IMG/VR virus record: IMGVR_UViG_3300008050_007680
Span: 1-64,000 of that record
Length of the DNA: 64,000 nt
DNA from: an uncultured virus (IMG/VR IMGVR_UViG_3300008050_007680)
Taxonomy: Duplodnaviria > Heunggongvirae > Uroviricota > Caudoviricetes
Strand: one strand, 5' to 3'
A program made the position numbers and the translations under genes. Shown piece after piece: positions 27,479-37,261 of the stretch; position 1 is the first letter of the stretch, and the number at the start of each line of letters is the position of its first letter. The notes beneath the pieces were generated by a model. It was not told the DNA's origin, ran no database searches, and saw only the letters and a program-made list of their open reading frames with translations.

Positions 27479-28427
27479 AGCACTTATTACAGGCGTTGCT
27501 GGCCAGGATGGTAGTTATTTAGCTGAGCTTTTGCTTGAAAAGGGATATGATGTCTACGGTTTAAAAAGGTTTTCAACGACCAGCTCGTCCGATGTAAATA
27601 TAGCGCATATTCGTGATTTGAATATTATCGAGGGTGACGTTACTGATCGCACGCTACTAGACAAAACGCTAAGATTAATTAAGCCACATGAAGTATACAA
27701 CTTGGCAGCGCAATCTCATGTAGGAAAATCATTCCAGATTCCTGAATATACAGCGAAGGTGACAGGTAGCGCAGTACTTTCGTTACTTGAATCAATAAGA
27801 TTGTCTGGCTTTAACTCGAAGTTCTATCAAGCGTCTACATCTGAGCTATATGGAAATGCTACGTCAAATGATCTTCTAAATGAGAATTCGACATTCGGTC
27901 CAGTATCACCGTATGCCTGTGCAAAGTTATTCGCACATAATATAACAAAAATGTACAGAGAATCATATAATATGTTCGCATGCTGTGGTATATTATTTAA
28001 TCATGAATCACCTCGAAGGGGATCCACATTTGTAACTAGAAAGCTAACATTGGCTGCAGCAGCAGCCGCAAACGATCCCACATTCAGGGTCGGGATGGGA
28101 AACTTAAATTCTGCTCGTGATTGGGGCCATGCAAAAGACTACGTTAGAGGAATGTGGATGATGATGCAACACAGTGAACCTGATGATTACGTCTTGGCTA
28201 CTGGTGAGTCTCATACAATCGATGCTTTTGCTGATATTGCATTTAAAGAAGCAGGAATTAGTAGCTATGGAAAACATATATACGTAGATGAGACATATTA
28301 TCGCCCCACAGACGTACACACACTAAGGGGTGATGCATCAAAAGCATTATCTATTTTAGGGTGGAAGCCTGAGTATACATTTAATGATCTTGTAAAAGAA
28401 ATGGTCAGAGAGGACCTGCGGAGATGA
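27465..28427 (+). CDS. gmd: GDP-mannose 4,6-dehydratase
   Basis: ALITGVAGQDGSYLAELLL, NLAAQSHV, QASTSE, SPYACAK, FNHESPRRG, RDWGHAKDYV. Confidence 0.96.
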   Translation: MQKRKALITGVAGQDGSYLAELLLEKGYDVYGLKRFSTTSSSDVNIAHIRDLNIIEGDVTDRTLLDKTLRLIKPHEVYNLAAQSHVGKSFQIPEYTAKVTGSAVLSLLESIRLSGFNSKFYQASTSELYGNATSNDLLNENSTFGPVSPYACAKLFAHNITKMYRESYNMFACCGILFNHESPRRGSTFVTRKLTLAAAAAANDPTFRVGMGNLNSARDWGHAKDYVRGMWMMMQHSEPDDYVLATGESHTIDAFADIAFKEAGISSYGKHIYVDETYYRPTDVHTLRGDASKALSILGWKPEYTFNDLVKEMVREDLRR

Positions 28428-29383
28428 AAGTTTTTATACCGAAGCCAGGAGAGAATTGGGTTTGTGATACGATAATCGGCGAATTCGAGAAAAACACACG
28501 TCATGATATTGTATATGACATTAAAAAAAGTGATATTGTTTTCTTGTATGCTAAGTGGATTGCAAACCACTTTCCTATCATGCAGCTCTGTATGAAGCCC
28601 GTTGTGACGACAGTTCACCATATTGTACCTACTAAAGCTCGGGCAGTAGACTATATAGCGCTAAGCCAGTTCACAAATGTATTTCATGTCTCAAATGAGA
28701 AAACAGGCAGCATGTTGAAAAATTTTGTTCCAAATGTACACATAAAGAAATTGCCATATTGGGTGAACTCAGAAAGGTGGTTTCCTGTTGAACAACCAGC
28801 AAAAATCCCTGTTAACCTTCATGTAGGTGATCGTAAGCTTATAGCCTCATTTCAACGAGATACTGAGGGTGCAAGTATCAATAGCGGTGTGTTTTTGCCT
28901 AAGCTCGAAAAGGGACCGGACATACTTGCAAGAATAGTAAAAGAGTTTACGCCAAAAGAGATGGCAGTGTTTTTAGGCGGTTGGCGTAGAGACTATCTCT
29001 TGAAAGAGCTAGATAAGGATTATATAGTTTCATCGATGAGGATTGACGAAACTTCTATGAATGCAGCATATAACGTAATTAGAAAATATAATGGCTATTA
29101 TCTTGTTACATCTCGTTACGAAGGCGGCCCACAAGCAATTTTAGAGGCAGCAAGGACAAAAACAAAGATTCTATCAACAGACGTTGGTATCGCATCTGAT
29201 ATACTTCACCCAGATTGTATATGTTCTTCTGAGCAAGATTTTGTTGATAAAATCAGTAATGACGCTATCGAACATACAATCGAGTACAACTTTAACAATG
29301 TTAAAAAGTACGAGATGACAAAAGTAATCACCATGTATGATGATTTATTAGATGAGGTTTATTTAAATGCTCGTGTACGTTAA
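28424..29383 (+). CDS. glycosyltransferase family 4
   Basis: SFQRDTEG, EKGPD, SRYEGGPQAILEA, STDVG. Confidence 0.88.
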   Translation: MKVFIPKPGENWVCDTIIGEFEKNTRHDIVYDIKKSDIVFLYAKWIANHFPIMQLCMKPVVTTVHHIVPTKARAVDYIALSQFTNVFHVSNEKTGSMLKNFVPNVHIKKLPYWVNSERWFPVEQPAKIPVNLHVGDRKLIASFQRDTEGASINSGVFLPKLEKGPDILARIVKEFTPKEMAVFLGGWRRDYLLKELDKDYIVSSMRIDETSMNAAYNVIRKYNGYYLVTSRYEGGPQAILEAARTKTKILSTDVGIASDILHPDCICSSEQDFVDKISNDAIEHTIEYNFNNVKKYEMTKVITMYDDLLDEVYLNARVR

Positions 29384-30275
29384 TCGCAAGCCCGTTGCAG
29401 GCCCTTGGGGCGGCGGGACGAAAAGTTTAAACTCGATAATACTTGCGTTAATAGATGCAGGACATAATATCACGTTTGACATGTCAAAAAAGTTTGATGT
29501 AGCATTAATCGTCGACCCACGACCAACAAACGATAATAACTATGACATGATACACAACATATCACGTATCTATGACGCAAAGATAGTTCAACGTGTCGGA
29601 GATTTAGGAACGCACTCCAAACCTGAACTCACCGAATTAGTGAAAAAGACAGTTCAGCAATCTGATTGTGTAATTTTTCCCAGTACCTGGGCATGTGAAT
29701 CAGTTCTTGAGAAAATGCAGAAAGCACATATTCCAATGGGGAAAGATTGGTTTGTCATTCAAAATGAGCCGATGAGGCACTTTGACTGCAAGCCAAAAGA
29801 AGATTTACCCGTTGACATTTCATTCGTTACACATCACTGGTCAACGAACGCATTCAAGGGATTCTCTTTTTACAAAGAGCTGGATAAAATTAGCAATTTT
29901 ACGTATGTAGGCAGAGCTCCACAAGATATAAAATATAAAAATCAAATAGGACCAATGGATGGAGAATCTCTTGTTAATGAAGTGAGCAAGCATAACGTAT
30001 ATGTTACTGCCTCACTTCACGAAGCCGGAGCTAACCATGTATTGGAAGCATTAGCAATGGGTTTACCAGTGATTTATCATGAGCAGGGAGGTAGCATACC
30101 CGAGTATTGTACGGGATATGGCACATCATTTGATGGCACTATTGAATCATTTAACACCGCTGTTTTGCTTTTAAGAGAAACCTACAATGACGTAATAAAA
30201 TCCAGGCTTTCGGCACGTAACAGATTTATAGATGATATGGCTTTGTCATATGTTGATATCATAGAAGGGCAGTGA
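29367..30275 (+). CDS. glycosyltransferase family 4
   Basis: GPWGGG, THHWS...KG, EAGANHVLEALAMGLP. Confidence 0.88.
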   Translation: MLVYVNRKPVAGPWGGGTKSLNSIILALIDAGHNITFDMSKKFDVALIVDPRPTNDNNYDMIHNISRIYDAKIVQRVGDLGTHSKPELTELVKKTVQQSDCVIFPSTWACESVLEKMQKAHIPMGKDWFVIQNEPMRHFDCKPKEDLPVDISFVTHHWSTNAFKGFSFYKELDKISNFTYVGRAPQDIKYKNQIGPMDGESLVNEVSKHNVYVTASLHEAGANHVLEALAMGLPVIYHEQGGSIPEYCTGYGTSFDGTIESFNTAVLLLRETYNDVIKSRLSARNRFIDDMALSYVDIIEGQ

Positions 30276-30276
30276 A

Positions 30277-30993
30277 GTGTATAAAGTTAATATATCAATC
30301 GATGATGTTTCGCCTCATCCGCAATCATCTACAAAGGTACTTCATAATTGCTATGATATATTAAGTGTATTCCCTGATGCAAAGTTTACACTGTTCGTGC
30401 CTGTTTCATATTGGAGAACGATCGGGCCTACTGCAACACCACAACCTCTGCAATTGGATCTTTATCCAGAGTTTTGTCAAGAGCTACAAGAATTAGATAA
30501 AAATACATTCGAGGTATGTTATCATGGATTTCATCACGGGATTCCTGGTAAATCAAATAATGACGAGCTGCAAACGATGGGTTATCAAGAAGCTCTTAAA
30601 TGCATCGAATTAATGAGGGGTATGGTTAATAAGTCAGGCCTATCGAGTGTATTTAAAGATGTCCTGAGGCCTCCTGCATGGCGCATGTCACCTAATGTCT
30701 TTGATGCATGTAAAGACACAGGAATAAATACTCTTGCTTTGAGTGCTGATGAGTATGCTAATGTTACATACGGCGATAGAGATAAGACGGACCACTGGAA
30801 AGATAAGGTTATCTATTATACTTGCGCTCCGCCATTTAAACCACTTGAACTTAGTGAAAAAACAGAGATCGTGTTTCATGCTTGCGAATGGGACGCGAAT
30901 CTATTGTCTGATATACTTACTATAGAGTTGATACAGTTTTTAAAAGATCATGAAGGGCAATATAAATTTTCTTTTATTGAAGGGTTGCTATGA
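30277..30993 (+). CDS. polysaccharide deacetylase-like (CE4/DUF2334-type) protein
   Basis: SIDDV, TLFVP, HGFHH, RPPAW, FH. Confidence 0.8.
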   Translation: MYKVNISIDDVSPHPQSSTKVLHNCYDILSVFPDAKFTLFVPVSYWRTIGPTATPQPLQLDLYPEFCQELQELDKNTFEVCYHGFHHGIPGKSNNDELQTMGYQEALKCIELMRGMVNKSGLSSVFKDVLRPPAWRMSPNVFDACKDTGINTLALSADEYANVTYGDRDKTDHWKDKVIYYTCAPPFKPLELSEKTEIVFHACEWDANLLSDILTIELIQFLKDHEGQYKFSFIEGLL

Positions 30994-31220
30994 GCTTGGC
31001 TGGAGTGGTTTATAAGAAATCTTCAATAAAATTGCTTGATCTAGTATCATTTCACGTTTGGGGCAACAATACCATCGGCATAGTTGTACAGACTGATGAT
31101 CATCACGGGTGGGTTATGAATGAATGCATGATCACAGTGTACGATATCAAAACACACAGACCGCACCGCACAGATTTCCGGCGTGTAAATGTTGTCGCAT
31201 CTATGAAGGAGCCTTTATGA
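30990..31220 (+). CDS. small SH3/KOW-like protein (family A)
   Basis: KLLDLVSF..GIVVQT..HGW..NE similar to the 32047 ORF. Confidence 0.6.
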   Translation: MSLAGVVYKKSSIKLLDLVSFHVWGNNTIGIVVQTDDHHGWVMNECMITVYDIKTHRPHRTDFRRVNVVASMKEPL

Positions 31221-31504
31221 CTGGCCCTAAGGGATATGCAGCCTCAAAGTTATCCATTGTAAGCGTGTGTACATGTACAAACCACCCGACAATTCGGGGC
31301 ATGATAAGATTACCAAATAACGTTAAAGAACCATCATTACGTATCGTTATACATGCCTTGCAAGCGGCACATCAAGCAGCTGGTCACCCTATTGTTAAAT
31401 ACCGTATAGAACAGTTCGAGCAAGGTTCAATAAGCGATGAAGAGCTATACAACATGATATACGATTTTACGCAAATTGTTATAAGGTTGTGTTTAGGAGC
31501 ATGA
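31217..31504 (+). CDS. small hypothetical protein (family B)
   Basis: AAGGAG before ATG 31217; similar to the 31745 ORF. Confidence 0.6.
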   Translation: MTGPKGYAASKLSIVSVCTCTNHPTIRGMIRLPNNVKEPSLRIVIHALQAAHQAAGHPIVKYRIEQFEQGSISDEELYNMIYDFTQIVIRLCLGA

Positions 31505-31743
31505 AAGTGTTAGATTTAGTCGCATATACGGATAAAAATGCTTCTTGTTCATTTATAGAAAATAGGTTTATTATAATTGGTATTGGATATGTGAACCTTT
31601 TTAAAAAAACAAAATATACTGTATATGACCTAGAATCTCATAGCATCCGTTATATTTTTAGCTATAAAAGCAAAACAGTTATCTATGATAAATCTAAATG
31701 CACATTTAAAGATATAGAGCTAAAACTGCTAGGTTCAATATAA
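31501..31743 (+). CDS. small hypothetical protein (family A-like, MKVLDLV)
   Basis: ATGA overlap; K..DLV and TVYD motifs. Confidence 0.55.
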   Translation: MKVLDLVAYTDKNASCSFIENRFIIIGIGYVNLFKKTKYTVYDLESHSIRYIFSYKSKTVIYDKSKCTFKDIELKLLGSI

Positions 31744-31744
31744 G

Positions 31745-32059
31745 ATGCAAAAAGCAAAATTTTCAATAGTCTCTGGACATACTGTATCACATGATATCCT
31801 ATATATGTCTGGTATGACTACAGTTGACATGCAGATAAGTCATGGCTTATATACTGTAGTGCATAAAGCAGTAGCTGCTGTGTATAATACCTTTTTGCAA
31901 CCGAATATCATATATGACGTTGCTTACTTCGACGAAGCAGAATTTGATACACCAGATGAAGCTTATAAATTCATAGTAAAGCTTGTTACTCTTGTAACAG
32001 CTAGTATTTGCTTTACGGAACCGGATATAATATACGGAAAGTTGACATGTCATCTTTAA
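31745..32059 (+). CDS. small hypothetical protein (family B)
   Basis: K.SIVS..T, GM, P.I.Y.VA.FD, TASICFTEP. Confidence 0.6.
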   Translation: MQKAKFSIVSGHTVSHDILYMSGMTTVDMQISHGLYTVVHKAVAAVYNTFLQPNIIYDVAYFDEAEFDTPDEAYKFIVKLVTLVTASICFTEPDIIYGKLTCHL

Positions 32060-32310
32060 TCAGTCCAGATGAACAACTAAGCAGTAAAGCTTTGTTAAGA
32101 AAATTTGATCTAGTGTTATTTCGATCATATATAACTGAATATAAAGATGCTTTTGGCGTAATTTTACAAACAGAGCAGCACACTGGTTGGACTAATAATG
32201 AGCATATGTTAACCTTAGGTATTCTAGGCTCTAGAACAACTACTTGTGTTCATTATTGTAATATTCGGTGCATTATTGCTTCCCTGGGAGATGAAGAAAG
32301 CTATGGATGA
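32047..32310 (+). CDS. small SH3/KOW-like protein (family A)
   Basis: RKFDLVLF..GVILQT..HTGW..NE. Confidence 0.6.
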   Translation: MSSLISPDEQLSSKALLRKFDLVLFRSYITEYKDAFGVILQTEQHTGWTNNEHMLTLGILGSRTTTCVHYCNIRCIIASLGDEESYG

Positions 32311-32605
32311 TAGAGAATCAAGACAGAAAAAAATTAAAGCTGGTGACTATATTATGGCTTATCATAAAGGGTATTGGCGTGTAGATTCTGTCCAGAACAG
32401 GGATGGCGATGCACCGGGAGATTTAATTTTTTATACGAAAGTACTTGATGCTAATCTTAAAAAATGTTCAAAAAGAAAGAATAGTTGTGATGAACATTTT
32501 TGCAGAGTTTTAGATGTAGAATTCTTTGATCAGAAGATCCTTGAATATGAATTGATGAAAAAAGCATTATGCAATTTTAGGGATGAGGTGCTGTCACAAT
32601 CATGA
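32291..32605 (+). CDS. small hypothetical protein (KIKAGDYI)
   Basis: ORF 32246..32605; likely start 32291 or 32303. Confidence 0.55.
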   Translation: MKKAMDDRESRQKKIKAGDYIMAYHKGYWRVDSVQNRDGDAPGDLIFYTKVLDANLKKCSKRKNSCDEHFCRVLDVEFFDQKILEYELMKKALCNFRDEVLSQS

Positions 32606-32819
32606 AAAAAACACATAGCATCATCAATGACATTATACATGACGTTCATCATGAAATGAAAAGGCCATACATTATGTATAATGTGGCATCATTTGACACA
32701 AGTAGCGTAAGCATACAAGACGTCCACAAATAATAAGGTTATCAGCTATATTCGCAACAGCAAGTATATGTTTAACTGAGCCAGGTTTGAGCTATGGAGA
32801 TTATGATGGGAAAAAGTGA
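32602..32819 (+). pseudogene. frameshifted third copy of family B
   Basis: ..RPYIMYNVASFD..DVHK* (stop 32731-33); the -1 frame continues IIRLSAIFATASICLTEPGLSYG, matching TASICFTEPDIIYG of the 31745 ORF. Confidence 0.7.
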
Positions 32820-33438
32820 TCCAATAATATTCAAAGAATATTACAAAATGACATGTGACACGTTAGCACCTAAAAGTGTAGCGTTTTTAGGGTTTAGCGG
32901 CGAAAATGCCTACACAAAGACGATCCATTCAGAGTATCGTGATTTTTATGACCTCACATTAAGAAATTGGGATGTTAATGAACCTTGGTCATTAAAAAGA
33001 AAATATGATCTTATAGTATGTACAAGAGTTGCTTACTTTGCGAAAGATCCAGTTGGGCTAGTTGATAAATGCCTGAACCATCTTAACTCTGATGGCCGAC
33101 TTTTTATTGATTGGGGCTTCGGCGATCATTGGCGCTTTAAAGATTTTAAGGTTGGATGGGTAAGAGATGGGGAGCATGAATTTGCATATAAGCCAGATAA
33201 TTTTTTACATTCTGGCTATTGGCATCCAGACTTAAATGGGTTATATGATGTAAAACAATTCTGGAAATATGCAAAAAATGTCGGCAACTACACTGATGAA
33301 GACGATTTACAATCTGTTATTAAAGCAGAGACGCCTGCTTTAATAACAGACGAATTTGATGATAGGATAACCAAAATTAGTGTTAAATTTTTATGGCCTG
33401 ACTCACCGCAACTGTACATAATGGTAATGTACAAATGA
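32794..33438 (+). CDS. methyltransferase-fold protein
   Basis: YDLIVCTRVAYF.KDP...HLN.DG.LFID. Confidence 0.65.
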   Translation: MEIMMGKSDPIIFKEYYKMTCDTLAPKSVAFLGFSGENAYTKTIHSEYRDFYDLTLRNWDVNEPWSLKRKYDLIVCTRVAYFAKDPVGLVDKCLNHLNSDGRLFIDWGFGDHWRFKDFKVGWVRDGEHEFAYKPDNFLHSGYWHPDLNGLYDVKQFWKYAKNVGNYTDEDDLQSVIKAETPALITDEFDDRITKISVKFLWPDSPQLYIMVMYK

Positions 33439-33644
33439 ATAAAGCCACAGATTTTGTAGCAGGCGTATTGTGTTTTCACAGAGTGCACAGCCGTGTAGGT
33501 CGCTATGGCATCGTCGTATCCGCTATAAACCCCCGCCTGGTGACCGTCGGATTCAATGAATGCTATGTTACATTGTTTGATATAGAAACGAGTTCTATGA
33601 TGACTTATTTCTCTGGTGATTTAACAGTCGTGGCAACTTTATGA
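33435..33644 (+). CDS. small SH3-like protein (family A-like)
   Basis: GIVV...NEC.VT.FD similar to the 30990 ORF. Confidence 0.55.
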   Translation: MNKATDFVAGVLCFHRVHSRVGRYGIVVSAINPRLVTVGFNECYVTLFDIETSSMMTYFSGDLTVVATL

Positions 33645-33841
33645 GCAATATATTAAAATTCGGAGATTTGTGTACAATTATTAATTATCACTGGCTGGGA
33701 TATGTCATTTACCTATATGACATTAAGATAAGCGCTGGTGACCCAATAAAGGAGTATAATTGTACGCGTGTATATTCATTAAGGCGCAAGCGCGTAAATA
33801 CACAACGTGATATTGTCCTAGGGCGCGTCACATGTTTATAA
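33641..33841 (+). CDS. small hypothetical protein (LKFGDLC)
   Basis: ATGA overlap; K.GDL start. Confidence 0.5.
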   Translation: MSNILKFGDLCTIINYHWLGYVIYLYDIKISAGDPIKEYNCTRVYSLRRKRVNTQRDIVLGRVTCL

Positions 33842-34905
33842 AAAAGAATGCTGTTTTAATTAGTGACTTCTTTTGGAGTACAGTTCCGTATGATGGCCTG
33901 CGCCTTTATGACAAGCTAAGTAAAGTAACATCGTGTGATTTATTGATGTTCAAGGATGATATTAGACTAAATAAAAAGTTTACTGGAAATGAAAAGTTCC
34001 ATTTTGATATTGCGGAGTTCACTAGTAGAAGGCCTATTCTATTAAAAGATTGGTCAGATTTTGTAAAAAAGTCTGCAAATTACGAATCGATTTTGTGTTC
34101 TTCTCATATAGCACCGAAGATAAGGTTTCCGAAAGGTCTCCGTGATGCTGTGCAATGTAACTTATGTGCCTGGGATATTGGCGGTGCAGATATTCTAACA
34201 AACGCTACACACTTTGCTACGCATTTTTTTGTAAAGGGTAACATATGGAAAAATTGGCTTGTTAGAATGGGTTATAATGAAAATAATATTTTCGTCACTG
34301 GTTCTCCCCACTATGATCCATACTTAGGATGTAACACAAAAACAGAGAAGGGTTCTATCTTAGTCGTTCCGTCAAATCCAAAAAGCCATCAAGAGCAGTT
34401 TAAGCAAAATATGCATGTGCTCACGCAGTTGAGTCATGAGAAAAATATAAAAGTATACGTTAAAACATATCCCCATGACTATCTTTTTTATGAAAGTGAG
34501 AGAAAGTATACTGGCGTTTATAGAAGACCTATCGGTAATAAACCGCAATATGAAATGCTGAAGAGTATGTTTCCTACATTTTCGATAGTCGACAGCCAAA
34601 ATCACTTTGAAGTGATGTCAAAATGTGAGAAAATTTTCAATATGTCTGGAAGCCATATTTCTTGGGAAACTTATTTTACGGGTGTTCCTTGTTACGCTAT
34701 GAATATGGTGGGCAAGTCTTACCACAAAGGAGTAAGTTATCTTCCAGAATATGTGGTATATCCTGATGATCTTGTTAATATACACATAGATTCTATCGAC
34801 AAAATGCTCGGTCCATGTCCACGAATTGATTATAGTGGCATGTCAGACTATATTTTGAAAGAAAATGCAGTAGATAATATTGTTACGTCTTTTTTAAACA
34901 TCTAA
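33832..34905 (+). CDS. GT-B fold protein (ulosonate transferase, TagF-like or NeuC-like)
   Basis: LVRMGY.E.NIFVTGSPHYD, VKTYPHD; directly upstream of neuB. Confidence 0.6.
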   Translation: MFIKKNAVLISDFFWSTVPYDGLRLYDKLSKVTSCDLLMFKDDIRLNKKFTGNEKFHFDIAEFTSRRPILLKDWSDFVKKSANYESILCSSHIAPKIRFPKGLRDAVQCNLCAWDIGGADILTNATHFATHFFVKGNIWKNWLVRMGYNENNIFVTGSPHYDPYLGCNTKTEKGSILVVPSNPKSHQEQFKQNMHVLTQLSHEKNIKVYVKTYPHDYLFYESERKYTGVYRRPIGNKPQYEMLKSMFPTFSIVDSQNHFEVMSKCEKIFNMSGSHISWETYFTGVPCYAMNMVGKSYHKGVSYLPEYVVYPDDLVNIHIDSIDKMLGPCPRIDYSGMSDYILKENAVDNIVTSFLNI

Positions 34906-34928
34906 GCAATAAGGGGTAAATTAAATTA

Positions 34929-35642
34929 ATGTCAATTAAGATTATAGCAGAAATAGGGATTAATTGGAATGGAAATTTTGACCTTATTCCCGAACTCATT
35001 CGCCAAGCTTCACTATCAGGTGCAGATTTTGCAAAGTTTCAACTATACTCATCGCAAAGCTTATTTGGTGACAGTTCAAGGGCTCATAATGAATTAACTT
35101 TTGGACAACTAGAAAAAATAAAGAAGTTTTGTGAGCACTATGATATTAAATTGATGATATCTGCATTTGATAAGATCCGATTAGGGTGGTGCGGTTTACT
35201 TGATATCGATGCGTATAAGGTCGCCAGCAGGACAGTCAAGCATGACCCTGCTCTTGCATCATTAGTAACGAGTTTAGCAAAAAAATTGGAAAAAGATGTC
35301 TATGTTTCTCTAGGGATGCATGATAATGAAGCTTTACCTTTTAAATTATCTGGATATACAAAGTTCTTAAACTGCATCTCTAAATACCCTACGACGTTTA
35401 TTGATCAAGCACCCCTTAGGGATTACGTCGGCAATGTTATCGGCTTAAGTGATCACTCTTTTGGTTTGGGTGCGCCGCTTTATCATATTGCACAAGGTGC
35501 TGATGTTATAGAGAAGCACTTTACACTAAATAAAACAATGAGTGGTCGTGATCATCTAGGTTCTATGACACCAGATGAATTAAAAGGTTTAAGAACTTAT
35601 GGCAACGAAATACAGAGAGCAAGAAATGCAATCAAAAGATAA
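34929..35642 (+). CDS. neuB: N-acetylneuraminate (nonulosonate) synthase family, no SAF domain
   Basis: IIAEIGINWNG, AKFQ, KVAS, SLGM, CISKYPT, GLSDHS, IEKHFTL, DH. Confidence 0.92.
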   Translation: MSIKIIAEIGINWNGNFDLIPELIRQASLSGADFAKFQLYSSQSLFGDSSRAHNELTFGQLEKIKKFCEHYDIKLMISAFDKIRLGWCGLLDIDAYKVASRTVKHDPALASLVTSLAKKLEKDVYVSLGMHDNEALPFKLSGYTKFLNCISKYPTTFIDQAPLRDYVGNVIGLSDHSFGLGAPLYHIAQGADVIEKHFTLNKTMSGRDHLGSMTPDELKGLRTYGNEIQRARNAIKR

Positions 35643-36357
35643 AAAAGTACTATGTGTCGTATTAGCTAGGGGCGGTTCTAAAGGAATCCCTTACAAAAAT
35701 ATATACCCTATCGCGGGAAAATATTTGATCCAATGGACGCTAGAGGCCGCACTAGACTCCGGCATTTTTTCTGACATTGTAGTCAGTACAGACGATGAAA
35801 ATATTGCATTAGCTGTTAAGACATCGACACAAGAGGTTAAAATCATCGACAGACCAAAAGAATTGGCTGGCGATAATGTTTGGTCACGAGATGCATTAAA
35901 GCATGCTGTTCTTGAGGCAGAAAAAACATTGCTCACTAATTGCGATACATACGACTACGTGTTCGAGCTGCCATGCGTCGCACCACTAAGAAATAAAAAG
36001 CATATTAATGAAGCTGCGGAACTTCTATTCTCTTCTCCTGACATTACTGGCGTGACATCAGTAACAATGATGCAAGATAAGCATCCACGCAGAATGAAAA
36101 GAATACTGGATGATGGAACATTTACGGATTTTTGCAAAGAATTTCCTGAAGGTGAGGGTTCTAGAAGGCAAGACTTAGAGCCATGTTACATTAGAAATGG
36201 TGCTATTTATTCTATGACAAGAGATACGATCATCAATGAATTTTCTAGGCATGGCAAAAGGTGTTTAGCGTACATTATGCCAGAAATGGAATCAGTAAAC
36301 ATCGATACTAAACTTGACATGAAGATTGCGGAACTACTATTAAATGAAAAATTATAA
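35626..36357 (+). CDS. neuA: acylneuraminate cytidylyltransferase
   Basis: ARGGSKGIPYKN, VSTDD, RPKELA.D, PLR, RRQDL, RNGAIY, NIDT..D. Confidence 0.93.
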   Translation: MQSKDKKVLCVVLARGGSKGIPYKNIYPIAGKYLIQWTLEAALDSGIFSDIVVSTDDENIALAVKTSTQEVKIIDRPKELAGDNVWSRDALKHAVLEAEKTLLTNCDTYDYVFELPCVAPLRNKKHINEAAELLFSSPDITGVTSVTMMQDKHPRRMKRILDDGTFTDFCKEFPEGEGSRRQDLEPCYIRNGAIYSMTRDTIINEFSRHGKRCLAYIMPEMESVNIDTKLDMKIAELLLNEKL

Positions 36358-37261
36358 AAGAATTAAGCTAGATTGCCCAATTGATTGGTTGGAAGAAGAT
36401 TTAAATTTGTATCTAAACTCTCATGGGTTTATGATAGATAACTCTAGCCCAAACTATCTTGTCGTTAATCCAGGGACTGATAGATTTTTGGGCGAAGATT
36501 ACTTTAGCGATTATCCCACGCTAGTCCATGTAGGAACACCTTCGACGGGCAAAAACCACGTCGACACTGATTTGTTAGCAAAAAAGCGGGTAAAATTTAG
36601 TAGCTTACTTGATAATAGGGATGAGCTCACAAAAATAACAGCATCTTCAGAGTTTACATGGTTACATATTATGAGCGCTTATAGAATGTTTCTTGCAGCT
36701 TTAGCTGGAACTGCTTCTTGGCGCGAGACTGCAAATGAAAGCAAACTAAGAAGCAGACAGCTATCAGGTGCGACGATTGGGATTATAGGCTTTGGTCGTA
36801 TCGGGCAAAATATCGCAAGATATGCATTAGCTTTTGGTATGCGCGTAAAGTTTTATGATCCGCATATATACAGACAACGTCACAATGCCACAAAAGAGTA
36901 CTCAATTGCCGACTTGGCGACATGTGATATTATTTCTATCAACTGTTCATTAAATGAGTCTTCAACGAATCTCATTTCTCGTGGAACATTCGAAAACTTT
37001 AAAGATGGGCTGGTCATAGTGAATACTTCACGTGGTGAAGTTATTGATGAAGATTACATATGCGATTTAGTCGAGGCTAAAAAGATAATTTACTCATGTG
37101 ATGTTGTTAGAAACGAACAGAATGCTGCATTGCTAGGCAAAACAAGAATTTTCAAACTTGCTAATGATCCCTCTATGGAACTTCATATTACACCTCATGT
37201 CGCAGGTGCCACCGTTGATAGCCAAAAAATAGCGCTCGAGGGCATATTAAGCCTAATGTAA
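36344..37261 (+). CDS. D-isomer-specific 2-hydroxyacid dehydrogenase
   Basis: STG.NHVD, GIIGFGRIG, NTSRGEVIDE, DV, TPHVAG. Confidence 0.9.
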   Translation: MKNYKRIKLDCPIDWLEEDLNLYLNSHGFMIDNSSPNYLVVNPGTDRFLGEDYFSDYPTLVHVGTPSTGKNHVDTDLLAKKRVKFSSLLDNRDELTKITASSEFTWLHIMSAYRMFLAALAGTASWRETANESKLRSRQLSGATIGIIGFGRIGQNIARYALAFGMRVKFYDPHIYRQRHNATKEYSIADLATCDIISINCSLNESSTNLISRGTFENFKDGLVIVNTSRGEVIDEDYICDLVEAKKIIYSCDVVRNEQNAALLGKTRIFKLANDPSMELHITPHVAGATVDSQKIALEGILSLM

